The notes beneath the pieces were generated by a model that ran no database searches, was not told the DNA's origin, and saw nothing but the letters and a program-made list of their open reading frames with translations. DNA of 64,000 bases, from contig NC_089431.1 in NCBI RefSeq assembly GCF_026210795.1, positions 3,782,001 through 3,846,000 of the forward strand, given 5' to 3'. Source of the stretch: Rhizophagus irregularis (taxonomy: Eukaryota). Both the position numbers and the translations under genes were made by a program. Shown here one piece after another: positions 24,977 to 38,822 of this stretch. Position 1 is the first letter of the stretch. Every line of letters begins with the position of its first letter.

Positions 24977-26400
24977 TTATTTATGCAATTTAGATTGATT
25001 CAAATATTGAAATTTTACTAAAATTCTTTTCCTTTGTTATATTTTAATTAAAATATAACAACTTGAAAATTTTAAAATAAAGAAATGGCATAATAATACT
25101 ATATAAGTAATTTATTTATAATTAGAATATACACAAATGAATTTATGTTTTTTTTACTAATAGTCTGAATCTACTGTGCATAGAAATAATTATGAATTCG
25201 AATAATTGATTTTTTGAGCTTATAGGAAAGTACCTTTTATATTTTAAGAAATCTTTGAAATTTGTCAAAAAATACTTAATTGGTATACGTACATGCACAG
25301 TAAAATAAATCAATAATTATATATTAATATTTATAAAATGATAAAAAATCTTAATAAATTTACCCCAAATTTTATAATACGTTTATAGTGCCGATCTTAT
25401 CCGGATTGCCAATTAAAATCCATGGCGAAAATAAAAAAAAATTAGTTATTTTATTAAAATATATCAAGTAAATTGCTTTTAAATTACACAAAAAAAAAAG
25501 AAATAAAAAGTTTTAAAAGATTTCTAATATATATATATTCTTTTCCTGTTATTTTTACAAATGTATTTATAATAATAGTTAATGGAGAACTGACCTATAT
25601 TATTAAACTACTCCAAGATGAGGTACATATGTTGTAATATCAAAGCGAGAAATGATTGATTAAAATCTTTTTCATATGTTAAGAAAAATTATTATTATTA
25701 TTATTTTTTGTTTAATGGTATTTGTTGCCGATTTTATTAGTATAAGATGCAAAAATGATAATTTTTCGATTTTATACTAGACCTCCTATTTTACACTAAG
25801 TCCGTAAAACTATATGGAATCACGCCTTGTTATATGAAAATCTGTTTGTTTGTTTATAATTCTCCATGATTATTATTTTCCATTAGATCGGCCACTTCGT
25901 TAATTACATTAACATATATTCCATTCTTTATTTATACTCGGTACCTGTCATATACTCATATCTTTTGGCCATATATATTGCTTTACCCCTTTTGCCAAAT
26001 AATTTTGAAAATTACCTTATTTAATTTAAAATATTTTTGATATACGAAGACCTGTTGAAGATAAAAGTTATTAACAAAGATGAAGTTGAACCTTATTTTG
26101 ATTTGAAAAAATATTACTACTTCTAACTTAAATCTAGCTTGATAATACAGCCAAAAAATACGTCAATACCCACTATCGCAATCAAAAAAATTTTTAATAA
26201 AATCACTATTTATAAATTTTATGATTAAAAACATATTTCGCACAGATTATTTCAGCAACCGACCTGCATTCTTTAATTATTAATGATTGTCTGGCAAAAC
26301 TATTAAGAAAATTTAAATTTATTGAATCAATAAATAAATACTTAGTTTATTTTCTTGACTTTTTGTAATTCTCTAATCTCACACATAGCAAGTCCAAATT

Positions 26401-28823
26401 TTATTCTATTTTTTTTATAATTTGAAATAATTCATATTCTTCTACAAAAAATTCACCACTGGCACACTTTTGACATGTGTTTATATTGGTGCAGGCTGAT
26501 TCACAATAGTCACAAATTGCAGGATTTACCATCGGAAAAAGCCCTAATTAGTATTATTATAATGATGAAACATAAAATTAATAAAATGTTATCTTGTACA
26601 AGTGAATACTACAATTCAAAAGATTTGACAGTCACATACCAGAAGAATATGCAATAGGTTGAAATGCATGATTATTTGGATGATTATGAATACTTTGTGA
26701 TTTGGATTTACAATCTTGACATAAATTACAATCCTCACAAAATGTACACTTCCATCTCATTCCATGAATTGTCTTATCGCAATACTTACACACTATACCA
26801 TAATGCACAGCAAATTCTATGATGTAATGTAAAGATTATAAAGAATTTTTGGAAAAATTTTAGTATTAACATAGAATGTTATATTAGGACCCAGAAATAT
26901 ATATAAAAGAGTCAGGTTGACTTTGCGTATTTTGAATTAAATAAATCATGAAAATTTTCCTTTTTTTAGATAATTTTTGATAATGCCAGTCAGAATGTAA
27001 TTTCCTATTATAGTAACTGACTGACATTATCATGATTCCGGCCCTGAAAAAATGCGTACAGCCCATAGTAAAAAAATTTTTTCATCACCTGACCCCTATA
27101 TATGGGTCCTGTTATATTAAAAAATTATGATAATACATACGAGGAGCATAATTAGAAGAATCTGAATGTGGTATAAGTTTGAACACATGGTCATCTGGAT
27201 GATGATGTATACGCGATTTGGTTTTACAAGTTTGACATAAATCATAGTCTTCGCAAGTTGTACACTTCCATCTCATTCCACGGACAGTATAGTTGCAGCA
27301 GTCACACCTTATACCATAATGCAAGGCAGATTCTACAAAAATTATAAAGAGATTGTATAAAAAATTTCTTTGGTAATTTGTACATAAATTAATTATACCT
27401 GAAGAAGCTCCTCCGATTTGTTTTTCATAACTATCTTTTATACAATGTACACTGTTGCCCCGCAAAATAAGATCAGAACTACCAAATGATGGACCATAAC
27501 TATGGTCATTAAATATAGCATAATTTTCATTTGTAACACGACTTAAAATATGTTTATTAATATCATCACCATCCTCAAAAGAGAATATAAAGCTATCCTT
27601 AGTAGCACCATAACCACGACCAGATTTCCATTTAATTGGATTATATCCTCCAAGAATTTGGTTATTGTCTTTTACTTTAATAATTGTTATAGTGCAAGAT
27701 CGATTATCACATCTCTCATGAAATATATCAGATTCAAATCCATCACGAGATCCACGAAGAATTAATTTGAATTCACATGAAGAAGTTGGCTTGTCTGTAA
27801 TATCTAATTTATCAATCCATTTTGATATTAATTCAGCATGTTGAAATGTAATAATATCTGAATTGATACTTTGAACTTTTGATTTATCATTTGGTCTGAT
27901 ATTAGGATTTAAATTTAAAAAAATTCTCAATAAATCCTTGTATAATTCCTTTGGTAAGGCTTTCTTATAAGGTAACACTTCAGAAGAAAATTCACTAGAA
28001 GTTAAGTTGTTAAACTTAATAAAAGGAATGAATTGCTGTAAAGTATTCTTTAATATATTGAAATCCTCTTTTGAAAAGGTTGCAGGATCAGTAGGAAGTT
28101 CAGGATTCTGTGCAAGTCCCCATTTAATCACATATTTCCAAACTTGAATTTCGCTCATTTGAAGGTTATTATTTTGGATAATTGAAACTAAAAGTTTTTC
28201 CGGAATTGAAGAGAAGCTAATTGATTTAAGTATCTTATCCGGACTTTTTGAGATTAAGTTAGTGCAATATTTTTGAAGCTCCAAGAAAGAATCATTTTCA
28301 AAACTTGCTTGATATACGAGATTGAAATTTTGTTCAATCCATTGAGTCTTGTTTTGAATCAAAAAGGATTGTAAATGGTTGATCAATTCATGAAGATTCA
28401 ATTCACCAGCAGCAGCCAAGATCTTAATAATATCTAAAGTGTCGTCACATTCCTCCAAAGAAAGTCTTCCTCCGTAAATATATCTGAATAAATTAAAAAA
28501 TCATTCGCAAAAATTAAGATATTATTACCTAGTATATATACATTAAATTATTACTCTTACTTTAAAATTATTTGAAAAATTTCTGGTAAAATGTTTGGTA
28601 ATTTAATTTGTACCAAGGTTCCATCATTTTTCTTTTTATTTGTTGACAAAATTCTTCGTAAATAATTAGAACGGTAGTTTAGTATAACCATATGAGCACG
28701 AAATATTTTTATATAAGGGTCACTGCCAACTTCGATTGTAATATCATAATATTCATCATCGTCCAACATTTCAAGTAAATTTACTGATAATTTTGGTAAA
28801 AACTGATTATTATTCACATCCAT
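26401..28823 (-). CDS. BTB-BACK-TLDc/ZZ protein (copy 3, intact)
   Basis: Exons 28823-28561, 28483-27399, 27332-27141, 26816-26640, 26543-26401; ends GEFFVEEYELFQIIKKIE*; shares 3' flank with copy 1 in inverted orientation. Confidence 0.9.
26886..27110. mobile_element. 225-bp MITE inside intron 3 of copy 3
   Basis: TIRs aggaccca / tgggtcct; 8-bp TSD gttatatt at 26878-26885 and 27111-27118; absent from the homologous intron in other copies. Confidence 0.85.
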
Positions 28824-29361
28824 AATAGATAGTTAATTTTTTCTATTTTTTTTTTTTAAGGAATTTCCAAGAAAGCTATAATTTATCTAATTTGTGAATG
28901 ATTGATTCCTTAAATATTTTTTCAAGGGTGGTTGCACAACAGAATCAGCCTTATGCGGTATCACGAATTCAAATATAACCAACCTTATTGCTATGGCTTG
29001 GCTATGATGATCCATAATGGTGATTTTTTATCGTAAATTTCTATTATCAAAAGCTTACTTCAATGGATTAGAATTGTCCCTTAAATTCTTATCCATTGCA
29101 GCAGCTAACCTAGAAAGCTAATCTGCTTCAATGGATTAGTATCAAGTTGGCTAAGAGCTTTTAATGAAAGTAAACATGAGTCCCCTAATACAAGAAAATA
29201 TGTTAAGAAACATTCTTTTTATTGAATTTAAAAAAAAATCCATCCTATTTAATTCATCAGTCACATCTTACAAAAAAACCAAAAATAAAAACGCTGATAA
29301 ACGGTAACGTTAAATTTTAATCCTTCGCTATTTACTTATTCTAAAATTCGAGACAATTCCT

Positions 29362-29560
29362 AAAAAAAAAATATAAAGAACGTTATTAACGTTCTTAAAC
29401 CTTTTTTAAAAAAATATAAAAGAACGTCATTAACGTTCTCAAACCTTTTTTAAAAAAATATAAAAGAACGTCATTAACGTTCTAAAACCTTTAAAAAATA
29501 TAAAAGAACTTATTAAAAAAAATGTAAAAGAACGTTTTAAGCCTTTTTTTAAAAAAATAA
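29362..29560. repeat. About 45-bp tandem repeat with internal palindrome agaacgt(t/c)attaacgttct
   Basis: Three full units and two degenerate units read directly. Confidence 0.75.
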
Positions 29561-32500
29561 AATAACACTTGCCAGTAGTTTCAGGCCGGTTTAAGACCCT
29601 TTCCAGTTTCCAAGGAGTCTCCCTAAAGAAATTAGGAAAGAACAGTAATAAACATTCTTATTAACTAAAAAAATTTTTTTTTAAAGTTTACGTAATGTTG
29701 ATTCTGAGTAACAATTTATTGGTTCTGATACCCAATTTTTTGTAACAATTTAATCATCATCATTATTTAATTATATTAGTTTTTCATCACAAATTTCTTC
29801 AAACTAAATTATTGAATTTGATCTTAATAAATATAAAAAATTAGAAAAAGAAATTTACAAATTATGAAATTTCTCTCTATCTAACCTATCTTACCATTAT
29901 TATTACATTTATTAGCCATTGTAGTCGAACTTTCTGTGACTTCTGTATGCTTCCCTTGGTCTAATCTTGAAGCGAACTTCGTACTCAAATCATTAAATTC
30001 TTCTATTTTTCTCGTGAGTAAATCTTTTCTACACGCTTCATCCCATTCTTACCATGAAATACACCATTCTTGTAAGTTTTCATCCGTAACCTGAACCGTC
30101 CGAAGAAGGAGCTTTACTATCAAATCGAATAATTTTCAAAATTTAAATTTATGTCCATGCTTCTTCCACACCTTCTAACGACTGTTCAACCATTTCCTTC
30201 CTCTTTTGTTCTGACCAAAAAATATGCCAGAAATATATATTCCCGTTGAAAATAACTTTTTTCTCAAACAAAAGCCATACTTTTTGCTTAGTTTTATAAT
30301 TATATCATTATCTTCTATCTTCTTATAATGGTCTTTAACGGCTTAAGTGCTTGCCATTTATATTTGTCCCGAATAGTTACCAATTGTATCTACCGAAAGT
30401 CATTGAGAAAATAGGTAAATAACATGCCCATACGCTCTTTTGTATTTACTAAGTCGCCTTCATTTTCATGCTTTAGGTGAATTTCTACTTTAACCGTTTG
30501 ATACTTGTATTGTCTTTTAATCCTTAATCGTTTAACGTGGCTTGTACCGGACAAGATACTTACGTTTTCCAACACATTCTTCATCCGACCATGAACATAC
30601 CTCGTCTTCGTGAATCTATTGCTTGGATTTCTTTTGGTTGTCTAATATCCCTTCCTATATTTTTCAACCGTTTCAACTACATCAAACTTGCCAAAAATTC
30701 GTTATATCAAAATTCCGTTATATCGAGGGTAAATTAATTATACGTTATGATGATCCGTTCCAGACCAAATTCAAGATTTTACTTATGATCCGTTATTTCT
30801 TTTTTCTTTTTTTTTTGTCCATCAGCGTGCAATGATAGATGCGTTGTAAACTCAACACTTTAATGCCTAAAACCTAATTTTGTATATCAATAAGAGTCTA
30901 CGACTAACTACAATATCTATACTAAATCTCTGGAAAATGTAACTAGGTCTATATAATTTAATATGGAGGGAAGGAACGACCTCCGTATTGGGTACGGTCT
31001 ATTTTTTTTTCAGACTTCCCAACCTCCAGATGACTTCTCAGCCCTCGCGTCAACCCTCATATCCTCAGATCCTTCTTCGATGTTGTAGCCGTCTTAGTAT
31101 TGGATCACCAGTCATAAGCCTCGCTCAACCCCTTCTAAAGAATCCAAATCCACGAAAATCGTAATACGGAGCGTCCACCAGAGTCGGATAAATTTGTTAC
31201 CAAGATACCGAACTAGTTTGTTGCACCACATCAAAATCACCTCATTTTCAAATAAAAAAATTGGTTCCTCAATAATTTGTGCTGCGCCGATCGTCCTTCC
31301 CGTCAACAGTTTGTCAGTGTCAACGCCTCGCCCTATTTTTGGGGGTCGTCACTATAAGTCAACTGAGAAGAAAAACTTGTTGGACAGAGAAGTTGCAAGT
31401 TACTAGTTGAAGGAGTTAAAAATTATATCAAATGGCTCGTAAAGGAGTGAATAATCAGTTGGTAATGTTGAAATGTGCAAAAAAAGAAGTTTTCCTATAC
31501 GCTTTCCGTTATAGTATATCGAATTTCATTGTGTAAATTAATTTATATAAATCAGAAGGTTTAGAAGGTTCAAACATTAAGCAAATGTAAATATTTTATG
31601 TCAGTACAACTAATAATCGTGAGTTTTCTTAATTAAATAATAAAAATCAAACTCTTTTTAAATTTTATATATTATTTGTCAATAAAATTTTATTTAAGTG
31701 TAGCAGATATTTGCAAGTATTTTTTTTTTCTTTCAGGTATATTACGAACACAATGCAAATTTGTTGTCAAAAACATATTTGCAACTTGGCAATTCAAATA
31801 ACAGTAAATAATAAATAATATTAAACACATTTACTATAACACCTGCACATATTATATTAATTGTAATTTATTCCTTTCCTTTTTTTCTTACACATATTTA
31901 TGTAATAGCATATAAAGTAAAACTGTTTCATATAAAACAGGAAATTTGTTTTATTGAAATCCGTTATTTTAAATAATTTATATTTCATTATTTGAATATT
32001 AAGATAATAATATAGTAGAATTAATTATAAAAATTAATATACTGTGTATGTATAAAAATATGCTGTATATAAAAAAAAATGATTATCATGATAATAGATT
32101 AAGTTATGAATTATTTTTTTTTATTATAAAGAATTTTATTGGTGCTAAGTTTTGGCTGTGAATTGTGGCTTTTTGCACTGCAATTCTGGCTTTGATAATT
32201 TATTTGGCTAAATTTCTGGATATTGCTTTTAAAAGGAACAATTAATAATTGTATGACATAATGGGGCTTTTATGTTTATTTTATAAATGGAATTTAATAA
32301 AACTATTAAACCTCTTTTCTTTTCCTCCCTTTTTTCATCCAAATTCAAAATGATAATTTAATTAAATTTAATATTTTTTACCTTTTGAAACAAAGTTATT
32401 TACCATAAGAACAGTGATATAATTATAATAGTATAAATAAATTTCCAGTTGGTTACAATGAATATATAGTTACCTTTATTTAATAATTCTTGGACTCAAA

Positions 32501-33399
32501 TAAATGATCTCAATTTTAAACATACACTTCATTCACTACAAGTATTACTATTTCAAACTTAACCATGAATGCTTTATTTTAACCAGAAAAAGGATACTAA
32601 AAGTTTCTATCATATCAAACACTTATAACAAAAATTTGTTTTATATACAAAATAGACACTATCTTTTATAAATTGAAACTCATAATTCATAATCTATATT
32701 ACTTGATTTCTAATTTGCCTTCTGCTGCTGTCATCAGCGAATTTGGTGTACAAGTTGAATGCACAATTTCTTATCATCTATCAAAAGAGAAGGCAATTGA
32801 ACTACCTGTCATTTTATTTCATCCTACTGGAAGTCGATTTACCAATCAGACTATAAATACAAAATAAAATTCCTCCAAATTTTTCTCTGGAGCCATTGAA
32901 GATAAGCTTTATTTGGAGTCACAAATTGGAGTAATAGTACAAATGAATATATAAAACATTGATTTTAATATATATTGCTTCTTTGGGTGATGATACATTA
33001 CAAATATGGATTATGATACAAATATACAAAATCATGATGACATTTCAATTATAGTAGTCAAGAATTTATAACTTTAACCATTTTCAAATCACAATGGGAT
33101 AAATTCTAATTATTTTGGAACTAATATGGGAGAAGAATTTTATCATAAATCATCAAAATTTGAAGAATTTATTGCTCCATTTAGGAGTTTATCAATAATA
33201 AAATATAATGGTATGCTAAATATTAAGAAATAGCATGATTTATATGTAATTGTTTCTTATAGAATTTAGAAATATATATGCAAAAACCAACACTATATTG
33301 ATTCATCATAGTGATACAACCCTACTGGATGATTGCTCTGGTAGATTATGAAGTTAACTAGTTTATAGATAGCATATATGCTCTTGGCATTGCAGTATC

Positions 33400-34240
33400 T
33401 TAGAACATCTCAAAAATCCTGATCTTAATAAGCAGCATGATATACTCTAAAGAGTGATTTAATTGCAATGGAATAATAAATACTATAAACACTGTATATT
33501 GATAAAAAATTTTTAAAATACTATTGTGACAAAAAATTAATAAAAGCTTCTTTAAATTTAGTTGATACCTCCACAAAAATAATAAAAACAATTAAATTCT
33601 TCAGCAAGTAATGGGTATATGAGCGATATTGATAGCTTTAGAAACACACTGAGACAAATAAGCAACATATTATTGCTAATCATAATTTGGCCTTTTATAA
33701 CTTAAATAAGTGAATTATTTTACTGTATTAATGTTTTATAATATTTATTTTAACATTACTTACTAAAGTATATTGTCTACACATCTATTAAGAACTATCT
33801 TTAATTTATTCAAAATCAAAAATACTTTAAATAATATAATAATTTTGATCTAACCCTTCAATTGTGAACTATCAAATTCTCATCCTATTATGTTATTAGA
33901 AGCAACCCGTAAAGCTATTATTTTGTTACAAAATCATCACAATTTTAAAAGATAATGATGTTTAAATGCAAATCAATTCACTGGTTTACCTAAACAATCT
34001 ACCTTTTGAACTGATGATAGTGAATGGAGTTATTCAAAACACTATCAATAATAATAATGAACTTTGGATATTATCTCAAAATATGTATATGGGTAAAGCA
34101 TATGATTGTGCAAATATATCCCAACTTGAATTAAAATTCCAACTGATTTTTCAAATCTTATATTAGGTTTATTTAAAGATAGAAAAAATGAAGTGATCAC
34201 AGCAGCATATGGTAAAACTCTGACCAATAACATTAAGACA
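33400..34240 (+). mobile_element. Degenerate LINE (non-LTR) reverse-transcriptase relic
   Basis: Fragments LSNSHPIMLLEATRK, VLNANQFTGLPKQST, NELWILSQNM, GKAYDCAN and LFKDRKNEVIT match non-LTR RT motifs; frameshifted; boundaries approximate. Confidence 0.7.
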
Positions 34241-34312
34241 TTTAATTTTAATTATATAAAAGATGAGATGTTTTATTGAAAAATATCAAATGTTTTTGGT
34301 TTAAATTCCAAC

Positions 34313-34717
34313 TAGGGATGGCAACGGTTGGTCACGGTCAGTTATCGGTCAGTCATAACTGGTTAAGGGCCTTTGACTGACCGACTGTTTTGGCTGACCG
34401 TTTTTCTGACCGTTTAACCAACCGTTCAACCAACCGTTTAACTGATCACTTTTTAACATTTTTTTCTTGATTAAAATTCGTTAAAAAGAAGAAAGTGTAA
34501 TTTAATCAAAAAAATGCTATTTAGCTTTTTTTATTGATTAAGTTTGTAAAAAAAGGCTAAATAATTAAAAAAAGGCCAAATAATCAGTTAAACGGTCGGT
34601 CAAATGGTTGGTCAAACCAGTCAGTTAAACGGTCAGCCAGAAGCCTTTGACTACCGATATCGGTCACGATCATAACTGGTCATGACCGGTTAATAACTGT
34701 GACTGTTGCCATTCCTA
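34313..34717. mobile_element. hAT-type MITE
   Basis: TIRs tagggatggcaac / gttgccattccta; TSD attccaac / atttcaac (7 of 8 match). Confidence 0.85.
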
Positions 34718-34731
34718 ATTTCAACACACAC

Positions 34732-35083
34732 TAGAGGTCTGCAAACAGGACCCGGAACCCGGAAACCCTAACTCGGACTGGACCCAGATCCAGGTTTGGG
34801 CTGGCAAAATTTCTTCAAAATTCACCCGGGCTGGGTCCAGGCTGGCACATGAATTTTCGTCAAACCCGGATTTTCATAATTCCGGCCAAAATCGTCTTAA
34901 TTCCGGCCGAAATTAAACTGGCCAAAATTAAGTTGGCCAATTTTTTTGTTTTTACAACAAAATAATATAATAAAAGTCCGGGTCCAGTCTGGGCTGGGTT
35001 TTTGATATTTTAAGTCTGGGCCGGGTCAGGCCGGGCACTTTATGTAGGCCGGGTTGTAAAATAGTGGTCAATGCAGACCTCTA
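34732..35083. mobile_element. hAT-type MITE, second family
   Basis: TIRs tagaggtctgca / tgcagacctcta; 8-bp TSD acacacac; internal cccgg/ccggg repeats. Confidence 0.9.
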
Positions 35084-36399
35084 ACACACACTACCAAACC
35101 CCTTACTTGATATAGCCACTGGTCTCATATTTGCAAAACTGCTTCAGGGTAGAGATATATATATATATATTAGCTATCTATCATGTGATGTTCCAAATAG
35201 TTATTGGAGGTTGATTGAAAAGAAAAATTTTAACAATAATATTTTAAATCAGTGGTTTTTCAAAATTGTTGATTGATAACAAGATTTTAATAACTTATAT
35301 AAGTAATATAAGATACTGTACATGAACATTTTCAAGCTAACAATGGAAAGTTGCTAAAATGGCAAAAAGTAGCATATAAAAAAAGAATATAATCAAATTC
35401 AGTATCATGTGGATTTACTACCTCCGATTTACCTTCTTTCCACTCATGTTAAATGGTATTCATCAGATTTTATATTTGAAAATAAAGTAAAAAGGTGTTT
35501 AATATTAATAATAATAATGAAAAATACAATCCAATTTTGGATGTTCATCAAATTTCTGTATGGGAATTCAGAGAAGGGATAGTAATATTTATAGAATAAC
35601 TATCAATGATAAGCTTGTAATATAACTTTAGTACAGTCAGGGAAAATCATACCATTAAAGTGTTTGACATTCCACTCTATATGGTAAACAATAATCTGAA
35701 AGCAGTGTTCAGCCATTATGGTGATTTATAGGAGGATGAAATTACTATATACCTGATTCAAGAGATTATATAGACAAGCCCTTATCATATACAAAGACAA
35801 GCAAAGTGTCAATACTTTTTATCAATAATGGAGTGTTTATTTTGGGAAGAAAGACAACAATCTTCTGTGAAATTAATGGTTTACCATCTAATAGTTATCC
35901 TCTTGAATGAATTTATAATATGGATGAAACAGATGTTTTTATATTTGTTTAATATTATCTAATTGACATAGAAATTGTCTCCACCATAAAAGACGAATGT
36001 ATACTTGGGTCTATATTAATATTAATAATTCCTCTGCTTTCACAATCAAAAAAATGTTTACATATATCTGTTTCAACCTATGAAAAAAGATTACCCACGA
36101 CCATGTTATGTATGTTATTAACAAAGTATTTCTACCAAGAATAGAAAATTATTAAACAACTTCTGCTTCAATATAAGAGGTGCTTTTATCACTTTATAAT
36201 TATATTATAGTCAATGAGATATTACCTAAACAATTCAAAACAGCATTTCTATACCCTAACCCTAAACCAACATGGTATTATGGTATTAATCACACATGAC
36301 CTATCATTCTTTTAGATTGATTCTGAAAACTTTTAGTCAAAATAATTAATACATGACTTAATTATTTAAGTACTAAAAAAATTTTAGAATATAATAATC

Positions 36400-37020
36400 A
36401 AGCGGGCATTCAAGGTGCTTTATGTAATGAGATCATTCTTCATATCCAAACGATTATTGAACATCAATGACACTGATCAATGTCTTTACCTTTTATTACA
36501 AGATCTAAGCAAAGCATATGATCATATCAACCTTTCTTTACTCTCTCTAGCACTCAAATGAATTAATATTCCTCCAAATCTCATCACATTTATCAACAAC
36601 CTTTTTTATAGACATAAAAATAGTATAATTTTAGCAAATGGATTATCAGATCATTACAACCTCAAACATGGAATCATACAGGGCGAAATAATTTCACCCT
36701 TATTATGGGTCATTTATTATGATCCTATGTTCGCTGCTATCAACAATTCACCTTTTCATGGTTATCAATTAACTTCTTCATTACCAAAAAAATATCTATA
36801 GAAATGATGACAATTTTATTTTGAATATTGAATTAAAACTAATAGTTATTTGGATGACATGAGGTTCGCCAGTACATTTTAAGATCCTGAACAACATCTT
36901 AAAATTGCTGATGACTTTTACATGTTGGCTAATATAAAATCAACAAAAACAACTAAAATATTAACAAACGATAAAGAACTCTTGAAAAACACCACTTATC
37001 CACTACTATTTGGTGAAGAT
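36400..37020 (+). mobile_element. Second LINE reverse-transcriptase fragment
   Basis: LLQDLSKAYDHINL, GIIQGEIISPLLWVIYYDPMF and SYLDD, with stops and frameshifts. Confidence 0.85.
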
Positions 37021-37532
37021 CTACGCTGGTCAAATAGGTCAAATAAAAGGTTATCAGGTAAACTTCATATACCTGATGGCCCTACCTATATTTATTATTG
37101 AATCTGGTTTGAATGAAATCTGATAGATCTATACGATTTCTAACCAGTTCTTGGCACAGATCAGGATTAAATCGTGCAACTGTCATGGGATATATATTTT
37201 TTCTTTTTCTTATATATTATTTATTTACAGTATATACACTTTTATCCTATCGCTTGTTATATATCATCATAATACCCTATAATTCATTAACCTATCCCTA
37301 TATCTCTTTCTGTTATGAACGTCAAAACTAGTGGTAATACAACATTTGGGCTGGCACATATCAGGTAGATTACAGGTAAGTTTTAAACAAATATCTGGCA
37401 CCTGATAAAGTATATTAGTACCATATTCCATTATTTGTAATTAATAAATATGTAATTTTGTTATTTTAAATTGATAATACATAGATAAAATAATGAATTT
37501 CTAATATTATTGTTTAACTGATTTATTATGTA

Positions 37533-38822
37533 CAGTCACGTCAGAAAGTATTGCCCGATTTAAAAATAATGCCAAAATCGGCAAAATTTTATTAATTCTC
37601 ATTAAAATTTACATAAAAAAATAACTTTTAAAATGGCTAATAATGTGTTGACCCTCCCTTTGCTTCTAGTACTGCATTGATTCGTTGTGGCATTGAGGCA
37701 TCAACTTCTTCAAAAACGGAGCAGTCTAAATTTTCCCATTCTTCACTTAGTGTGGCTTTAAGTTCACCCACAGTTCTAGGAAAGACCTCCCGACTCTGGA
37801 TATTGTCTTTTAACTGCTTCCAAATGTTCTCTATCAGATTTAAATCAGGGAATTGGCCGGCCAATCAATAATCACAATTTTATTCTTCTTTAACCAATCT
37901 TTAGTTATTTTCATGGTATGAATGGGTGCATTATCTTGTTGAAAACTTGCAGCCCTTCCTGTTAATTCGCAAACTGTATGATGAAATGGATGGAGATGTT
38001 TATTTAAGATTCTAACATATGTATTTGAATTAATTTTTTCATTTCCTTCCTTATTATTTTCATCACAAAAAATCAATGGTCCTTTTATCCCTCCCGCAAA
38101 ACATCCCTAAACCATAACTGATTTTCGACCACTTTTAAAGGTAGGTGTCAAACATTCAGTGTTAAACCTTTCCCCTGTATGCCTCCAAACTCTTATTTGT
38201 CGTGACTGCTTTCCAATCTCAATACTTGATTCATCAGAGAAAATAACTTGTGCCCAATCACGAGCTGTTTTTTCTTTATATTTTTCACACCAACTAATAC
38301 GAGCTGATGCATGCCTTTTTGATATAAAAGGCTTTATTGCAGCAACATGGGAATGAATTCCAGCATCATATAGTGTCTGTTTAGCAGTTGTTACACTACA
38401 ACTCAACTTCAATTTATTAATAACTTCATATAAAGGTTCACGTCAATTTTTAGTAACTTCATTAATGAGTGCATTTTTTTCATTATCATTGAGAGCAGAT
38501 GGCCATCCTGAACGCGGTAAATTTTCAGTTTTTCCAGTCTTCTTGTATTTGTCAATAAACCAGCGTATTGTGGTAGGGTCACGTCCCATTTTTCTTGCTA
38601 TTTGTGCAGGATTGAAATTTTCCATATACGCTAGTATTTTTCCCTTCTCTTGAGGAGATAACTCAGTATAATGTGTCATTATTTTTTTAACTGTGAAACG
38701 GGTTCGGCAAGTTGTAAATTTATGGGAAAACAAAAAAAAATAATAAAAAAGGGGTATAAATAATGTAAGCTAGGTGTATCATTACACAATACAAAATCGG
38801 GCAATACTTTCTGACGCGACTG
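37533..38822 (-). mobile_element. Full-length (1290 bp) but inactivated Tc1 element, DD34E transposase pseudogene 38679-37637
   Basis: TIRs cagtc(a/g)cgtcagaaagtattgcccgattt; TA TSD. Motifs HTH region, FSDES, QQDNAPIH and SPDLNLIENIW with D-34-E spacing. Lesions: TGA 38443-45, TAG 38107-09, frameshift near 37850. Confidence 0.95.
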
